Origin: Candidatus Latescibacterota bacterium
Lineage (GTDB): Bacteria; Latescibacterota; UBA2968; UBA8231
Direction: 5' to 3'
NCBI GenBank assembly: GCA_965208105.1
Contig: OZ242318.1
Span: 4,128,001-4,192,000, forward strand
DNA length: 64,000 bases
Shown here: piece by piece, positions 9,174-18,581 of the stretch
Numbering within the stretch: position 1 is the stretch's first letter
Layout of the letters: each line of letters starts with the position of its first letter
The notes under the pieces: model-generated
Databases searched by the model: none
What the model was told of the DNA's origin: nothing
The model's input: the letters and a program-made list of their open reading frames with translations, nothing else
Position numbers and translations under genes: made by a program

Positions 9174-10425
9174 ACAGGAGTTTCAGGTAGAAGAAGGGAT
9201 TGGCCAGTTCCTTCTTGGGCCTGGCGTTGGCGATCATGCCGCAGATCAACTCGCTCAGGGCAGGGTTACCAGCCGCCTTGCGGATCACCAGATTGAGCAG
9301 GGGCCGATGCTGACCGAGGTGCTGCAGGCGGGTGCTGAGCCTGAGCTCGTCCCCCAGGGAATCCCACAGCCTGTCGCCATAGCGCTTCAGGAATGCGGCG
9401 CTGAAATCTCCGGCGGCACGGGCTTCGGCAGCAGTCTCCACCGCGAGGCGGGCGGAGTAGAGGGCATTGCCTATGCCCTCGCCCGTGAACGGGTCGATCA
9501 GCCCCGCCGCGTCGCCCAGAAGCAGGAAGCCGGGGCCGTGCATCGGACGACGCTTGCTGCCCACTGGCAGATTCCACCCCACCGGCTGCTCCAGGGGCCG
9601 GGCGCCGGCAAAGCGGGACTTGAACCCGGGGCTGTCCAGGGTTTCCCGCAGGGCGGCCTTGAGGTTGACCTTGCGGCGTTTGATGTACTCGTGAACCATT
9701 CCGATCCCGACGTTGGCACAGCCGTCCTCAAGGGGAAAGATCCAGAAATACCCAGGCCGCACGGCGTCGACGAAGTGGAGTTCGATCTGGTCGCTGAGAT
9801 CGGCCACGTTTTCGTAGTAGCAACGCAGGGCAACCACCCAGTGGCGGCTCTCGTGGCGGTAGAGCCCTGCCTTGCGCGCGACGACGGAGTTGAATCCGTC
9901 GCAGCCCAGAACCAGGCGACTGCGGAATTCGCTGAATCTTTCGTTGCCGCCGTGCCTTCCGCGCACCCCCCGCACCTGCCCGTCCTCCATGATCAGGTCG
10001 GCCACGGCGAAGTCCTCGGCGCAGTGGTCCGCCTGCCGCCGCGCCTGCTCGAAGAGGAAGTTGTCGAAGATCCGGCGGCGGATTACGAAGCCCTCCATGG
10101 GCATGCTGCGGCCTGTGAGGTGGTCGCGGTAGTCGTAGTGGTGCAGTCCGACATGGGCGTCGACCCGTTCGGGGCTTCCGAAGACTATTCTGCGGATGCA
10201 GGCTCCGGGCAGGTTGCGCACCGTGTCGAGCAGCCCGAGTTCCTGCAAGACTGCCACGGATTTACCCGACAGGGCATCTCCACAGATTTTGTCCCGCGGG
10301 AAACGGTCCTTGTCCAGGAGCAGGGTCCTGAGGCCCCGGCGCCGGGCGTAAAGTGCGGCGGCGGCGCCGGCAGGACCGGCTCCGACGACGATGAGGTCGT
10401 AGATCTCTTCTTCCGTTGCTCTCAT
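9166..10425 (-). CDS. Geranylgeranyl reductase-family FAD oxidoreductase
   Basis: GAGPAG, FPRDKICGD, DGFNS, GYFWIFP, GDAAGLIDPFTGEGI. Confidence 0.9.
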   Translation of the reverse strand: MRATEEEIYDLIVVGAGPAGAAAALYARRRGLRTLLLDKDRFPRDKICGDALSGKSVAVLQELGLLDTVRNLPGACIRRIVFGSPERVDAHVGLHHYDYRDHLTGRSMPMEGFVIRRRIFDNFLFEQARRQADHCAEDFAVADLIMEDGQVRGVRGRHGGNERFSEFRSRLVLGCDGFNSVVARKAGLYRHESRHWVVALRCYYENVADLSDQIELHFVDAVRPGYFWIFPLEDGCANVGIGMVHEYIKRRKVNLKAALRETLDSPGFKSRFAGARPLEQPVGWNLPVGSKRRPMHGPGFLLLGDAAGLIDPFTGEGIGNALYSARLAVETAAEARAAGDFSAAFLKRYGDRLWDSLGDELRLSTRLQHLGQHRPLLNLVIRKAAGNPALSELICGMIANARPKKELANPFFYLKLLFR

Positions 10426-10587
10426 TTCCTCTCCTGAGATTGAAAAGATAGGCTTACCGCGAAGGCCGACAAGGGAAGCCCCTTGAGCAGCCCCGCTCCA
10501 CAGGGTGGATCTCTTGCCACCTCAACGATATTGCGTAGATTTTTTGGAACAGCCTTGAATCCGTTGCGACGAGGGAGTTTGACGGTT

Positions 10588-12495
10588 ATGACCACGCCAT
10601 CGGCCACCGAAGGAGCAGGAGTTGAGGAGCTTCCATTCCAGACGGAAGTCCAGAAGCTGCTTCAGCTCCTCATCCATTCGCTCTACACACACTCGGAGAT
10701 CTTCCTCAGGGAGCTGATATCCAACGCGTCGGACGCCCTAGACAAGGTGCATTTCCGCTCGCTCACCGACCGGGACATCGTCGACCCCGATGCGGCCCTG
10801 GAGATCGAGGTCGAGGTCAACAAGAGCTCCAAGACCCTGATCGTAAGGGACACTGGCATTGGCATGACCCGGGAGGAAGTCAACCGCAACATCGGCACGA
10901 TTGCCCGCTCCGGATCGGCCGAGTTCATCGAGAAGATGGCTGCGCTCAAGGATGAGGACGACAAAAAGAAGGTGCAGTTGATCGGCCAGTTCGGGGTGGG
11001 ATTCTACTCGGTTTTCATGATCGCGGAGCGGGTGGTTCTGACCACCCGCAGCGCCGACCCCGGAAGCGAGGCGGTGCAGTGGGAGTCCACCGGGGCGGGA
11101 AGCTACACCATCTCGGCGGCCGACCGGGAGGAGCGCGGCACCGAGATAAAAATATACGTGCGCAGCGACTGCGAGGAGTACCTGGACGCCCACAGGCTGG
11201 AAGCGATCATCAGGCGCCACTCGGACTTCGTGGCATACCCGATCAAGGTGGCCGGCAAGCAGGCCAACGACACTTCGTCTCTGTGGACCAGGCCGCGCTC
11301 CGAGATCGGCAGGGAACAGTACGAGGAATTCTTCACCCACCTGACCGGAGACCCGGACAAACCCCTCGCCTGGGAGCACGTGGTGGTGGACGCTCCCATC
11401 CAGTTCTACAGCATTCTTTACATCCCCAGGAAGGCCCCGGTCAATTTCCTCTTCAGTCCCGAGCCCAGGATTGCCCTCAATCTCTACGTCAAGAGGGTTT
11501 TCATCCAGGACGACTGCAACGAGTTGCTTCCACTATACCTGCGCTTCATGCGGGGTGTGGTGGACTGCGACGATCTGCCCCTCAACGTCTCGCGCGAGAC
11601 CCTTCAGCAGAACCCGGTGGTCACCAAGATCCGCAACACTCTGGTGCGGCGCATTCTGCGCCTGCTCGAAGACATGGCCAAAAACAGGCCCGACGACTAC
11701 GAAACCTTCTATGAGGCCTATGGCATCGTCCTCAAGGAAGGAGTGGCCATGGATTTCGAGAACAAGAACAAGATTGCCTCATTGTTGCGCTTCTCCTCCT
11801 CTCTGGGAGAGAAGCCGGAGGATACGGTGTCCCTCCAGGGTTATGTGGACCGCATGCACAGCGATCAGGACGAGATTTACTACCTGGCCGGGGAGAGCAT
11901 CGAGGCCGTCGCCCAGAGCCCGCTGCTGGAAGCGTTTCGCCAGCGCCGGCTCGAGGTCCTCTACCTGGGCGACCCGGTGGACGAATGGGTGGTCAACGGC
12001 TTGCAGGAGTTCGGCGGCAAAAGGCTCAAGGCGATCGACAGTGAAGACCTGGACCTGGGAGGGAAGGTCGAGCTGGAGGGTGTCGATGGAGACGGCAAGG
12101 AGCAGACAATCGAGTTGATGGATTTCCTCAAGAAGGAGCTGGCGGAGAGGGTTTCGGACGTGAAGGAGTCCCATCGCCTGACCGACAGCCCCTGCGCCAT
12201 GGTGACTCCCAAGGGAGGTATGAGCCTCAACATGGAGCGACTGATGAAGGCCACCGACCGGGAGTTCGAGGCCACGAGGCGGATCCTGGAGATCAATCCC
12301 TCCCATCCGGTGATTCGCAACATGGGGGCTGTCCTCGCCAGATCCCGGGATGCCGCCGAACTCAGGGAATGGGCCCACCTCCTTGTCGACTACGTCCTGA
12401 TAGGCGAGGGAACGGTGGAGAATCCCCAGCGCATTACCCGGTCCTTGCAGGGAGTCCTGAGCGCGGCCACGTCCCATGCCCGGGAGGGGTCCTGA
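10588..12495 (+). CDS. htpG: Chaperone HtpG (Hsp90)
   Basis: FQTEV, IFLRELISNASDALDK, DTGIGM, GTIARSG, IGQFGVGFYS, DLPLNVSRETLQ, LEINPSHP. Confidence 0.97.
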   Translation: MTTPSATEGAGVEELPFQTEVQKLLQLLIHSLYTHSEIFLRELISNASDALDKVHFRSLTDRDIVDPDAALEIEVEVNKSSKTLIVRDTGIGMTREEVNRNIGTIARSGSAEFIEKMAALKDEDDKKKVQLIGQFGVGFYSVFMIAERVVLTTRSADPGSEAVQWESTGAGSYTISAADREERGTEIKIYVRSDCEEYLDAHRLEAIIRRHSDFVAYPIKVAGKQANDTSSLWTRPRSEIGREQYEEFFTHLTGDPDKPLAWEHVVVDAPIQFYSILYIPRKAPVNFLFSPEPRIALNLYVKRVFIQDDCNELLPLYLRFMRGVVDCDDLPLNVSRETLQQNPVVTKIRNTLVRRILRLLEDMAKNRPDDYETFYEAYGIVLKEGVAMDFENKNKIASLLRFSSSLGEKPEDTVSLQGYVDRMHSDQDEIYYLAGESIEAVAQSPLLEAFRQRRLEVLYLGDPVDEWVVNGLQEFGGKRLKAIDSEDLDLGGKVELEGVDGDGKEQTIELMDFLKKELAERVSDVKESHRLTDSPCAMVTPKGGMSLNMERLMKATDREFEATRRILEINPSHPVIRNMGAVLARSRDAAELREWAHLLVDYVLIGEGTVENPQRITRSLQGVLSAATSHAREGS

Positions 12496-12496
12496 G

Positions 12497-13828
12497 GTGG
12501 CGCAGACCATCCGAGCTCTGGCCGCCGCGGCGCGCCGGGCGTCGCGGCAACTGGCCGCCGCTTCCGGCGCCCAGCGCAACGCCGCCCTCGCCTCCATAGC
12601 CAGGGATCTGGCGGCGCACAGGGAGCGCATCCTCGCCGCCAACCGGGCGGACCTGCGGGCGGCGGAGGAAATGGTGGCGAGGGGCGAACTCGCAGCGCCG
12701 CTGGTCAAGCGCCTGAACCTGGAGGGTTCCAAGTTCAGTGACGTCGTGGCCATGGTGTGCAGCGTCGAGGACCAGCCCGATCCCCTGGGCCGCACCCAGA
12801 GCGCCATGGAACTCCACCGCGGGCTCGAGCTCTTCCGGGTGACCGTGCCAATCGGGGTAATCGGTGTAATCTTCGAGTCCCGGCCCGACGCTCTGGTCCA
12901 GATCGCCTGTCTCTGCCTCAAGTCCGGAAACGCGGTGCTGCTCAAGGGGGGACGGGAAGCGGCGCAGAGCAACCGGGTGCTGGCGCGGGTCATCGAGGCC
13001 GCCGCGCAGGAGGTGGAAGGGATCCCTCCGGGCTGGATCGGACTGCTGGAGACGCGGGACCAGGTTGGTGCCATGCTCGAGCTGGACCGCGATATCGACC
13101 TGATCGTTCCTCGAGGCGGCAATGAGCTTGTCCAGTACATTATGCGGAATACCCGCATACCTGTCATGGGGCACGCCGATGGCGTTTGCCACGTGTACGT
13201 GGACAGGAAGGCGGAGGTGGACAAGTCGGCGCGCATTGTGGTGGACTCCAAGACCCAGTACGCGGCCGTGTGCAACGCGGCGGAGACCCTGCTGGTGCAC
13301 CGCGAGATCGCCCCGGAGTTCCTTGCCGTTGCGGTAGGGGAGCTGAGGAACCGCGGAGTGGAGATTCGAGGCGACGAGGAGACCAGGCGTCTGGCCGGGG
13401 CGGACGGAGAAATCGGACCTGCTGCCGAGGAAGACTGGGGCCGCGAGTACCTGGATTACATTCTCGCGGTGAAGGTGGTGGGAAGCCTGGAGGAGGCGGT
13501 GGATCACATCAACCGCTACGGCAGCGGACACACCGATGCGATCGTGACCGAGGACGCAGCCGCCGCACGGAGATTCCTGGGTTGGGTGGACTCCGCATCC
13601 GTTCTTCACAATGCATCGACCCGCTTCGCGGATGGATTCCGCTACGGGTTGGGGGCCGAGGTGGGGATCAGCACCAATAGGCTGCACAGCCGCGGCCCGG
13701 TGGGGCTGGAGGGCCTGACGATCTACAAGTACATACTCGAGGGGGATGGCCACGTCGTTGAGGATTTCGAGGGGGATGGGCCGAAGTCATTCACTCACAG
13801 GCGGCTGCAGACGGACTGGCGGGGCTGA
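12497..13828 (+). CDS. proA: Gamma-glutamyl phosphate reductase
   Basis: PIGVIGVIFESRP, LKGGREA, PRGG, CNAAETLL, GSGHTDAI, NASTRFADG, GAEVGIST, RGPVGL; start GTG 12497 or ATG 12476. Confidence 0.96.
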   Translation: MAQTIRALAAAARRASRQLAAASGAQRNAALASIARDLAAHRERILAANRADLRAAEEMVARGELAAPLVKRLNLEGSKFSDVVAMVCSVEDQPDPLGRTQSAMELHRGLELFRVTVPIGVIGVIFESRPDALVQIACLCLKSGNAVLLKGGREAAQSNRVLARVIEAAAQEVEGIPPGWIGLLETRDQVGAMLELDRDIDLIVPRGGNELVQYIMRNTRIPVMGHADGVCHVYVDRKAEVDKSARIVVDSKTQYAAVCNAAETLLVHREIAPEFLAVAVGELRNRGVEIRGDEETRRLAGADGEIGPAAEEDWGREYLDYILAVKVVGSLEEAVDHINRYGSGHTDAIVTEDAAAARRFLGWVDSASVLHNASTRFADGFRYGLGAEVGISTNRLHSRGPVGLEGLTIYKYILEGDGHVVEDFEGDGPKSFTHRRLQTDWRG

Positions 13829-13888
13829 ACGAAGATGCAGGAGGGCCCCGTGGCGGCAGACTCGAAGCTTCAAATGATTGGAGAGGAG

Positions 13889-14236
13889 ATGAGTGCGGAA
13901 AATACCGGGGCTGAAATCAGGCGCCACATATTCATTTGCGCCACCCCGACCAAGCCCAAGTGCCACGCCGATGACACCGGCAGGGAATGCTGGGAGTACC
14001 TCAAAAAGCGTCTGCGCGAGTTGGGCTACGGAGAGCCGCGCAAGGACGGGATCCATCGCACCAAGGCCGACTGTCTGCGGGTGTGCGAGAGGGGCCCGAC
14101 GGTGGTGGTCTATCCGGAAGGGGTGTGGTACCATTCGATGACCGTCGAAAAGCTGGAGAGGATCATACAGGAGCACCTCATCGGGGGCCGGGTCGTAGAG
14201 GCATTCCTCAACCGCGAACCCTTCCGAAGTTTCTGA
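13889..14236 (+). CDS. Thioredoxin-like [2Fe-2S] ferredoxin
   Basis: [33 protein letters not shown]; GAGGAG RBS before ATG 13889. Confidence 0.88.
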   Translation: MSAENTGAEIRRHIFICATPTKPKCHADDTGRECWEYLKKRLRELGYGEPRKDGIHRTKADCLRVCERGPTVVVYPEGVWYHSMTVEKLERIIQEHLIGGRVVEAFLNREPFRSF

Positions 14237-14247
14237 CCGGGCGCGAT

Positions 14248-15246
14248 TTGCTCTGTAACCCGACAGTGCGCCGCCCATTGACCCTGGAGGCCGCCGCGGC
14301 GGAGAGCCCGGCCGACGAATTCGCCCGAGACGTAGGAACCGGGTTGAGAGCCTCCCCCAAGCGGCTTTCCTGCCGCTTTTTCTACGACAGGGACGGGTCC
14401 CGGCTGTTTGAGCTGATCTGCGACCTGCCCGAATATTACCTCACCCGCACAGAGCGCCGGATCCTCCAGGAGAGGGCTGTCCAGATCGTTTGCCAGGCCC
14501 CGGTGGATACCACCCTGGTCGAGCTGGGCAGCGGCAGCGCGGTGAAGACGCGGGTGCTTATCGAAGCCTTCCTGGAGCGCCGGGGGAGGTTGCTTTTCGC
14601 GGCCGTGGATATTTCTCCCACCGCTCTCGAGGAAAGCTCCGTCGAGCTCCTGGATCTCTATCCGAATCTGCAAGTCCTGACCGTGGCAGCGGAATACCGC
14701 CAGGGACTCGACCGGCTCCGCGAGATTTTGAGCGGCCCGAAGCTGATCCTCTTCCTGGGGTCCAACATCGGAAATTTCGAACGTCCTGATGCAGTCCTGT
14801 TCCTCAAGCTCGTGCGCCGCACCTTGACCCCGCTTGACCGCCTGCTGGTCGGCATCGATCTGCGCAAGGAGCGGGAGGTGCTGGAGGCGGCCTACGACGA
14901 TCCCCGGGGCATAACCGCCCGCTTCAATCAGAACATCCTGGCCAGAATCAATCGCGAACTGGGTGGACGATTCGACTTGGAGACCTTCAGGCACCGCGCC
15001 ATCTACAACGAGGAAGAAGGCCGGGTGGAGATGTTCCTCGTGAGCACCTGCGCCCAGAAAGTGGCCATCGAAGACCTGGGCATGGAGGTGGGATTCGCCG
15101 AGGGAGAGGCCATTCACTCGGAGAATTCCTACAAGTACTCGACCGCGGAGATCGATGAGCTGGCTGCAGCATCCGGGCTCGCCATCCAGCGCCAGTGGTT
15201 CGACGGCGCCAGGCGCTTCAGCCTGAATCTGTTGAAACCCGGTTAG
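14248..15246 (+). CDS. egtD: L-histidine N-alpha-methyltransferase (hercynine synthase)
   Basis: PKRLSCRFFYD.DGSRLFE.IC.LPEYYLTRTE, ELGSGSAVKT, FLGSNIGNF, AAYDDPRGITARFN, IHSENSYKY; start uncertain (TTG 14248 or GTG 14266). Confidence 0.93.
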   Translation: MLCNPTVRRPLTLEAAAAESPADEFARDVGTGLRASPKRLSCRFFYDRDGSRLFELICDLPEYYLTRTERRILQERAVQIVCQAPVDTTLVELGSGSAVKTRVLIEAFLERRGRLLFAAVDISPTALEESSVELLDLYPNLQVLTVAAEYRQGLDRLREILSGPKLILFLGSNIGNFERPDAVLFLKLVRRTLTPLDRLLVGIDLRKEREVLEAAYDDPRGITARFNQNILARINRELGGRFDLETFRHRAIYNEEEGRVEMFLVSTCAQKVAIEDLGMEVGFAEGEAIHSENSYKYSTAEIDELAAASGLAIQRQWFDGARRFSLNLLKPG

Positions 15247-15322
15247 ACCCGGGGGAGGTGGACCAGCGGGCAGGCGCATGTCCGCCCCCTCTGGTGGCCG
15301 GGACGCAACCCGCGCGGCCGGC

Positions 15323-15351
15323 TTGATGCAGGCTGTCGGAAAAGCTATAAT
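15323..15351 (+). promoter_or_regulatory. Sigma70-type promoter upstream of senA
   Basis: TTGATG-17 nt-TATAAT in the egtD/senA gap. Confidence 0.65.
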
Positions 15352-15473
15352 CCCGTGCTGGACTGCGCCGGACCGGGCAGCCGCGGAATGCGGAATATGG
15401 TGTCCCGGATGGTTGTTCACCCCAGCTCGCCGTTCGCTGCCGGATCCGCGCTCCCAGAGGAGGCCAGGGGCTC

Positions 15474-16793
15474 ATGAATTCGTCCTTGAGCGCGGCGGTA
15501 TCCCCTTCGCGGCTGGCGGAGTGGGTGTGCGATGCGCGCGAACGAACCTTCGAGTTGGTCGCCGATCTGAGCGATGAACAGCTCATGGGGCCGCGGTTGG
15601 AAATCGTCAATCCCCTGCTCTGGGAAGTAGGTCACCTCGCCTGGTTTCAGTCCAGGTGGGTGCTGCGGCACGCCTGCGGCCAGCAGCCGGTGCGCGCCGA
15701 CGAAGATCAGCTCTACGACTCCATAGCCATCGGCCACGACAGGCGCTGGGACCTTCCTCTGCCGGCGCGTTGCGAGACTTTGGCCTACGGCCGCCAGGTT
15801 CGGGACCGGGTCCTGCACCGCGTCGAGCTGGGGGACCTCGACGACGAGTTGATCTATCACCTTGTCTACACCACCCTCCATGAGGATATGCACGCCGAGG
15901 CCTTCACTTACACCCGGCAGACCCTGGGATATCCGGCGCCGGGCCTTTCCATTGTCGGCCAGCGGGAAGCCGGATTGGAAGGCGGCGGATCGCTGAAAGG
16001 AGACGCGGAGATTGCGGGTGGGCGGTTCGGTCTCGGCTCGGATCCGGAGGAATCATTTGTATTTGACAACGAGAAGTGGGTTCATCCAGTGGAGGTGGGA
16101 CCTTTCGCCATGGCGAGGGCGGCGGTGACACAGGAAGAGTTTGCCGCTTTCGTGGACGACGGAGGGTACGGGCTGCGCCAATGGTGGAGCCCGGAGGGAT
16201 GGCGCTGGCGCCGATCCGCCGGCGCGGAGCATCCGCTCTACTGGAAGCGGCTGAGCAAGGGGAGGTGGCTGCGCCGGCACTTTGACCGGTGGGTCGGACT
16301 CGAACCGCATCTGCCGGCCATTCACGTCAACTGGTACGAAGCCGAGGCCTATTGCCGCTGGGCGGGCCGCCGCCTGCCCAGTGAGGCAGAGTGGGAGATG
16401 GCCGCGGCCTCGGCCCCCGCCGGACCAGGCTGCAATCAACCCAAGCGACGGTTCCCATGGGGCGAAGAGGAGCCCTGTGCCGGGCGCGCCAATCTTGATT
16501 GGAAGGCCATGGGCTGCGTCGATGTCGGAGCCTTTCCCGCGGGAGACAGTGGTTTCGGATGCCGGCAGATGATCGGCAATCTCTGGGAGTGGACGGGCAG
16601 CACCTTTCTCCCTTATCCGGGCTTTGCGGCAGACCCATACAGAGAGTACTCGGAGCCGTGGTTCGGGACCCGCAAGGTCATGCGCGGCGGTTGCTGGGCA
16701 ACCCGTTCGCGCCTCATTCGCAGCAACTACAGGAACTTTCAGACTCCGGACCGGCGCGATATATTGGTGGGATTCCGCACCTGCGCAGCCTGA
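15474..16793 (+). CDS. senA: Selenoneine synthase SenA (EgtB-family non-heme iron enzyme, DinB + FGE-sulfatase domains)
   Basis: IVNPLLWEVGHLAWFQ, LYDS..GHDRRWDLPL, iron motif HEDMH (EgtB usually HEQQH, OvoA HERIH), FDNE, RLPSEAEWE, GNLWEW, YSEPWFG, YRNF..GFR; directly upstream of a SenB-type glycosyltransferase. Confidence 0.82.
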   Translation: MNSSLSAAVSPSRLAEWVCDARERTFELVADLSDEQLMGPRLEIVNPLLWEVGHLAWFQSRWVLRHACGQQPVRADEDQLYDSIAIGHDRRWDLPLPARCETLAYGRQVRDRVLHRVELGDLDDELIYHLVYTTLHEDMHAEAFTYTRQTLGYPAPGLSIVGQREAGLEGGGSLKGDAEIAGGRFGLGSDPEESFVFDNEKWVHPVEVGPFAMARAAVTQEEFAAFVDDGGYGLRQWWSPEGWRWRRSAGAEHPLYWKRLSKGRWLRRHFDRWVGLEPHLPAIHVNWYEAEAYCRWAGRRLPSEAEWEMAAASAPAGPGCNQPKRRFPWGEEEPCAGRANLDWKAMGCVDVGAFPAGDSGFGCRQMIGNLWEWTGSTFLPYPGFAADPYREYSEPWFGTRKVMRGGCWATRSRLIRSNYRNFQTPDRRDILVGFRTCAA

Positions 16794-16804
16794 GGGAATG
16801 GACA

Positions 16805-17761
16805 ATGAAAATTTTTCTGGCCACGCCTGCCCCGGCCTACTCGCGCAAGGGCAACCGGGTGACGGCGCTGCGTTGGGCGCGCCTTCTGCGCAAGCTGGGA
16901 CACCGGGTGGTGGTCGCGCAGGAGTATGAAGAGCAGTCATGCGACCTGCTGGTCGCCCTGCACGCTCGCCGCAGCCGCCGTTCGATGCTGCGTTACAGGC
17001 GCCGCTATCCCGACCGGCCTCTGGTGCTGGCCCTGACAGGCACGGATCTCTACGGGGATATTCACAGCCATGCCGGGACGCGCCAGGCTCTGGAACTGCC
17101 CTCGCGCTTTATCGTGCTGCAGCCCGAGGGAATCGCCGAGCTGCCGCCGCATCTGCAGGGCAGGGCGCGCGTCATCTTTCAGTCGGTGAGACCGCCTCCG
17201 GGGGTCTTTCCACCAAGGGAGAATCAGTTCGAGGTCTGCGTGCTGGGACACCTGCGTCCGGTAAAGGACCCTTTTCGCACCGCCGGGGCAACTTGGTGAT
17301 TGCCCGGGTCTTCGCGCATCCGTGTGGTGCACGTGGGGGCCGCCCTCAATGCGGAAATGCGGGAACGCGCACTTGCCGAAACGGCTGCCAATCCGCGCTA
17401 CGTGTGGCTGGGAGAGCTGCCGCGCTGGCGCGCCCTGCGGCTGCTTGCGCGCAGCCGGCTGCTGGCGCTCACCTCGCGCCTGGAGGGTGGCGCCAACGCG
17501 GTTTCCGAGGCCCTGGCCTGCTCTGTCCCCGTGATATCTTCGCAAATCTCGGGGTCCATCGGGTTGCTGGGACCGGACTACCCTGGTTATTTTCCGGTGG
17601 GAGACACCCGGGCTCTGGCGGACCTGCTGGAGCGGGCGGAAACCCAGGTCGGGTTCTACGAAGACCTGAAATCGCGCTGCGCCAACTTGAGGTCCCTGGT
17701 GGACCCGTGCCGCGAGCGCCGGTCATGGCAGAGATTGCTGGCCGAACTGGCAGCGCAATGA
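16805..17761 (+). CDS. senB: Selenosugar synthase SenB (TIGR04348-type glycosyltransferase) interrupted by an in-frame TGA at 17297-17299 (recoded or pseudogene)
   Basis: MKIFLATPAP..SRKGNRVTALRWA, ALHARRS, LTGTDLY, GHLRPVKDPF, stop, then same frame LPGSSRIRVVHVG..SRLEGGANAVSEA..GLLGPDYPGYF; 319 codons in total. Confidence 0.85.
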
Positions 17762-17798
17762 AGCGATAATTTCCAACCTCGAAAAGTGGAGAGTTTCC

Positions 17799-18503
17799 AT
17801 GGTTCCAGTGGCCGAAAAACGATTTGGGCACCCGAGTGACTGCCCGTTGTTCAGGGGAATAAGCCAGGAGGGGCTAGAGGAATTGGGACACATCGCCGCA
17901 CCGGTGAAGCTCGAGCCGCAGGAACGGCTGCTCACCGATCCTGAGCACTCGCGGGAGATCTGGATGATCAAGGAAGGACTGGTGAGCCTGATCTACGGCG
18001 ACGCCGAGGGCAGGGATGCGACGGTCATGCTGCTCGATGCCGGCGACCTGTTTGGCGCCATCGGGTGGCAGGAAAGGCTCGACTACAGTCAGAACGTGGT
18101 TGCCCTCAAGCCCACTGTCCTGTGGAGGATGATGCAGCAGCAGATGGAGAATCTTTTCAACAAATATCCCGTTCTGGGCTACCGGATAACCCAATTTTCC
18201 TGGCGTCGCATTGCGCGTCTCGAGCAGCGCCTGGCCGAACTGATGACAAAGTCGGTCAGGGTGCGTCTGGCCTCCCTGCTGCTCAATCTGGCGGCCGACT
18301 ACGGTGAGGACAAGGCCGAGGGGATACGATCGCTGGGTCTGACCGTTACCCATGACGACCTCTCCCGCCTTGTGGGGTCCAGCCGGGAAATGGTGAGCAA
18401 GATCGTCGGGCAGTTTCGCGACGCGGGCTGGATAAATTCTTCCAGGAAGAGAATAGAGTTGACTAACCGAAAGGTTCTCCAGGAGATTGCCGGAGGCCAT
18501 TGA
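17799..18503 (+). CDS. CRP/FNR-family transcriptional regulator
   Basis: cNMP-like beta-roll (GLVSL..GDLFG), VRVRLASLLL, HTH THDDLSRLVGSSREMVSK. Confidence 0.92.
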   Translation: MVPVAEKRFGHPSDCPLFRGISQEGLEELGHIAAPVKLEPQERLLTDPEHSREIWMIKEGLVSLIYGDAEGRDATVMLLDAGDLFGAIGWQERLDYSQNVVALKPTVLWRMMQQQMENLFNKYPVLGYRITQFSWRRIARLEQRLAELMTKSVRVRLASLLLNLAADYGEDKAEGIRSLGLTVTHDDLSRLVGSSREMVSKIVGQFRDAGWINSSRKRIELTNRKVLQEIAGGH

Positions 18504-18516
18504 CAATACCTGGCGG

Positions 18517-18553
18517 GGCCGGATTCGAAAGCTCGAATCCGGCCTTTGTTTTT
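18517..18553 (+). terminator. Rho-independent terminator after the CRP-family gene
   Basis: Perfect 12-bp stem GGCCGGATTCGA/TCGAATCCGGCC, loop AAGC, tail TTTGTTTTT. Confidence 0.8.
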
Positions 18554-18581
18554 GCGGGTATTGCATCCCCCTGGAAAGAGC

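Noticed and set aside
17300-17761. Separate 153-aa gene starting at TTG 17300
   Set aside because: It is the in-frame C-terminal domain of SenB, with no clear RBS; treated as one interrupted gene
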